Part shown: positions 62,184 to 64,000 of the stretch, in pieces | How positions within the stretch are numbered: the first letter of the stretch is position 1 | Layout: each line of letters starts with the position of its first letter | Source of the DNA: Alphaproteobacteria bacterium | GTDB lineage: Bacteria; Pseudomonadota; Alphaproteobacteria; Bin95 | Direction of reading: 5' to 3' | DNA: 64,000 nucleotides | Assembly (NCBI GenBank): GCA_965202745.1 | Contig: CBDBCB010000012.1 | Coordinates: 18,463 to 82,462 of the forward strand | Program-made: the position numbers and the translations under genes | Notes under the pieces: generated by a model | The model's database searches: none | What the model was told of the DNA's origin: nothing | The model's input: the letters and a program-made list of their open reading frames with translations, nothing else

Positions 62184-63714
62184 TCAGGCCAGGATAGCAT
62201 CTTCGGCACGATGCAGGCAGTCGCTTCTTGTACACAAGCGGCAGCCGGGTCCGACCGGCACCGTCATTTCCCGCGAGGACACATCCAAGCCGTCCGCATA
62301 GACCGTGCGGTCAGCATGGATCGCGTCACAAACCAGCATGACGGTGCGCAGAAAGGGCTCCTCGTGAAAGCAGGCGGGGTCTCGCGTTACGGTCCACGCC
62401 ACCAGCATGAAGCGCGCGCGGCTGGGGAATTCCACCAGTTGCCTGACGATGCGGCCCGGCGTCTGGAACGCCGCATAGATCGCCCAGAGCGGGCAGCCGG
62501 TTCCGCTTCGTGGCACAAGCAGCCCAGGCAATGGGAACCGCTTGGACAGATAACCCGCCGGATCGGCGCGCAGGAACCCGAACGACACGCCCTCTGCTCC
62601 CGGCCGCCGCAATGTCACCAGCCGATGTGCGATCTGCTCGTAGCTGGCAGCGTAGCGCTGACGCAATTGCTCAACGTTGTAGCGCAACGCCTCTGCATCC
62701 GCGAGAAACGTCTCGTATGGGAAAAGACAGGCCCCGGCGGTATAGGCGGCAAGAGCCCGCGTTGCGCGGGCACGCGAGAGTTCGCTCGAGAAACAGCGCC
62801 GCTGCCTGCTGGAGGGTTTGGAAACGCTGAGACGACGAGGCAGCGCTATCCAGAAACACCAGCCGCCCCTGATCTTCGATGAACTGGCTTTGGTTGTGGA
62901 ACTGGCTTAGGTCCGCACTGGAAGAGGCCTGAGTCTCCACGGCGATGCCATGCTCCGCCCGCAGATAGTGCAGCAAGCTGGCATCGAAGGGCATGCCGTA
63001 ACCGGTCAGCAACTCCTGCAATTCGCCGGCCGCGACCTCCAGCGAGTCGAAATAGTTACCGTTGGCGATAAAGTAGTCGTCCACCTCTTCAATCGGCGTC
63101 GCCGGGCGCTGATCGCTGTCCGGCCGGTCGAAATAGCGGACGATGGCCTGTGCCGTATCCGCAAGGCTGGTCATTTCATCACTGACAATGCCCTCGAAAC
63201 GGGTCCGCATCTCCGGCGGGACATCCGCGCCGCTTTCCAGAATTTCGGCAGTAGAACGGATGGTGGTGACGTGCGTAACGATCTTATAGAGGGCATCACT
63301 CAGCTCCGGGTCTTGGCTTACCCGGCTGGACAGGGCCTCAATCGCTTCGGCTTGGGCATGTGACGTCCGCAGGGTATTGCGCAGCGCCTCCACTCAATCC
63401 GGAAACCGTCCGATGAATTCCGGCACTGTTTCGCTCTTGATTCCCAACCGCCTGATGCTGGGGTTGCCAACGACCTCCACCAAATCCGCGATAAGCTGGC
63501 GCTGCGCTTGACCGGTCACGGCGGCGAGGTCCATATCCAGCGTGCGGGCGATATCATTCAGCAACCGCCCGCTGATCGTCCGCTTATTGGCTTCGATCAG
63601 GTTCAGATAGGACGGCGAAATCCCCAGAGCCCGCGCCATTCGGGCTTGAGTCAGGCCCAGCGCACGCCGCTTTTCCTTGATCCGGTAACCGATAGGAACA
63701 GAGCCTATGGACAT
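62184..63714 (-). pseudogene. XRE-HTH plus ImmA-like/DUF2083 regulator (ScfR-type) with in-frame TGA at 63394-63396 and a frameshift near 62700-62800
   Basis: HTH LGLTQARMARALGISPSYLNLIEANKR. The middle ORF 62671..63393 is in the same frame after ..GRFPD*VEALRN... The C-terminal ORF 62184..62687 (AGACLFPYETFLADAEALRYNVEQLRQRY...HRLVTLRR) is in another frame. Confidence 0.7.
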
Positions 63715-63894
63715 CGACGTCCTCCCTTCGCACGTGCGAACCCAAGCAAGAATTTTACAAACTTTCTTCTATAAAACAATGCTTTATTGGGGCATTGTGA
63801 AATTTGATTTACAGTATGTTCGCTGAGGCTCAATGGTTGCATCAGCATAAGACTGTCAGCAGACATAAACTCGCTACATCAAGGGAGACCCCGA

Positions 63895-63999
63895 ATGGTT
63901 GATTTCTCAAAAGGCTTTGGCCGTCGCGGCGTTCTGCGCGGCATGGCTGTTGGCGGTGCGGCGCTCGCCACGCCGACCGTGTTCACGTCGAAGGCTTAG
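63895..63999 (+). CDS. 34-codon ORF encoding a twin-arginine signal peptide followed by TAG (likely the start of a truncated or interrupted periplasmic protein gene)
   Basis: AAGGGAGA RBS. MVDFSKGFGRRGVLRGMAVGGAALATPTVFTSKA, then TAG one nucleotide before the window end. Confidence 0.3.
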   Translation: MVDFSKGFGRRGVLRGMAVGGAALATPTVFTSKA

Positions 64000-64000
64000 C

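Noticed and set aside
31985-63396. Idea that the repeated in-frame TGA codons reflect UGA recoding (Trp or Gly genetic code of a low-GC donor, or selenocysteine)
   Set aside because: In-frame TAA (59096, 59735) and TAG (43725) occur in the same way. The affected genes and their neighbours also use TGA as genuine terminators, including ATGA overlaps. Frameshifts accompany the stops. No SECIS-like context was evident. Plain pseudogenisation explains everything.
1-64000. Search for tRNA, rRNA, CRISPR arrays, retron/DGR-type reverse transcriptases and toxin-antitoxin pairs
   Set aside because: I saw no cloverleaf-type tRNA sequence at the island ends or elsewhere. There are no regularly spaced direct repeats, no reverse-transcriptase motif (YxDD) in any ORF, and no small two-gene TA-like pair apart from the XRE/ImmA switch. 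A covariance-model scan (tRNAscan-SE, Infernal) would be needed to exclude small RNAs.

Overview
GC-rich, proteobacterial-type chromosomal segment. The flanks (1-8876 and 35032-64000) carry ordinary genes for acyl-CoA metabolism, a PiT phosphate transporter, thiolase and enoyl-CoA hydratases, tandem TAXI receptors, MFS pumps and two-component signalling. Between 8877 and 34958 lies a ~26-kb acquired island in two parts. (i) A ~16.5-kb block transcribed entirely on the minus strand. It holds a large serine recombinase, a translationally coupled five-gene operon (Fic-like, HsdR, HsdM, half-size HsdS, Fic), three coupled unknown genes, a toprim primase plus P-loop NTPase, small unknown genes and an ImmA/XRE switch. 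(ii) An IS-riddled remnant. It holds IS481, a 3'-truncated SYLF gene and IS256. It also holds a HerA-type ATPase gene killed by an IS3 insertion (3-bp AGG duplication) plus a nonsense codon, with the truncated tail of its upstream partner gene. Finally it holds an IS1595-like unit whose 22-bp inverted repeats enclose both the transposase and a DNA methyltransferase-nuclease fusion. Outside the island many genes are broken by in-frame stops or frameshifts: SIMPL, an MltF-like gene, an unknown 259-codon gene, FAH, a symporter-histidine kinase with five lesions, queF and a ScfR-like regulator. Best candidates for something new are the Fic-flanked type I R-M operon, the passenger-carrying IS1595-like unit, the dead HerA two-gene system, and the three unknown coupled genes of the integrative element. 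No tRNA, rRNA or CRISPR array was recognised. All calls rest on motif reading of the supplied ORF translations and manual inspection of the DNA; no database search was possible.
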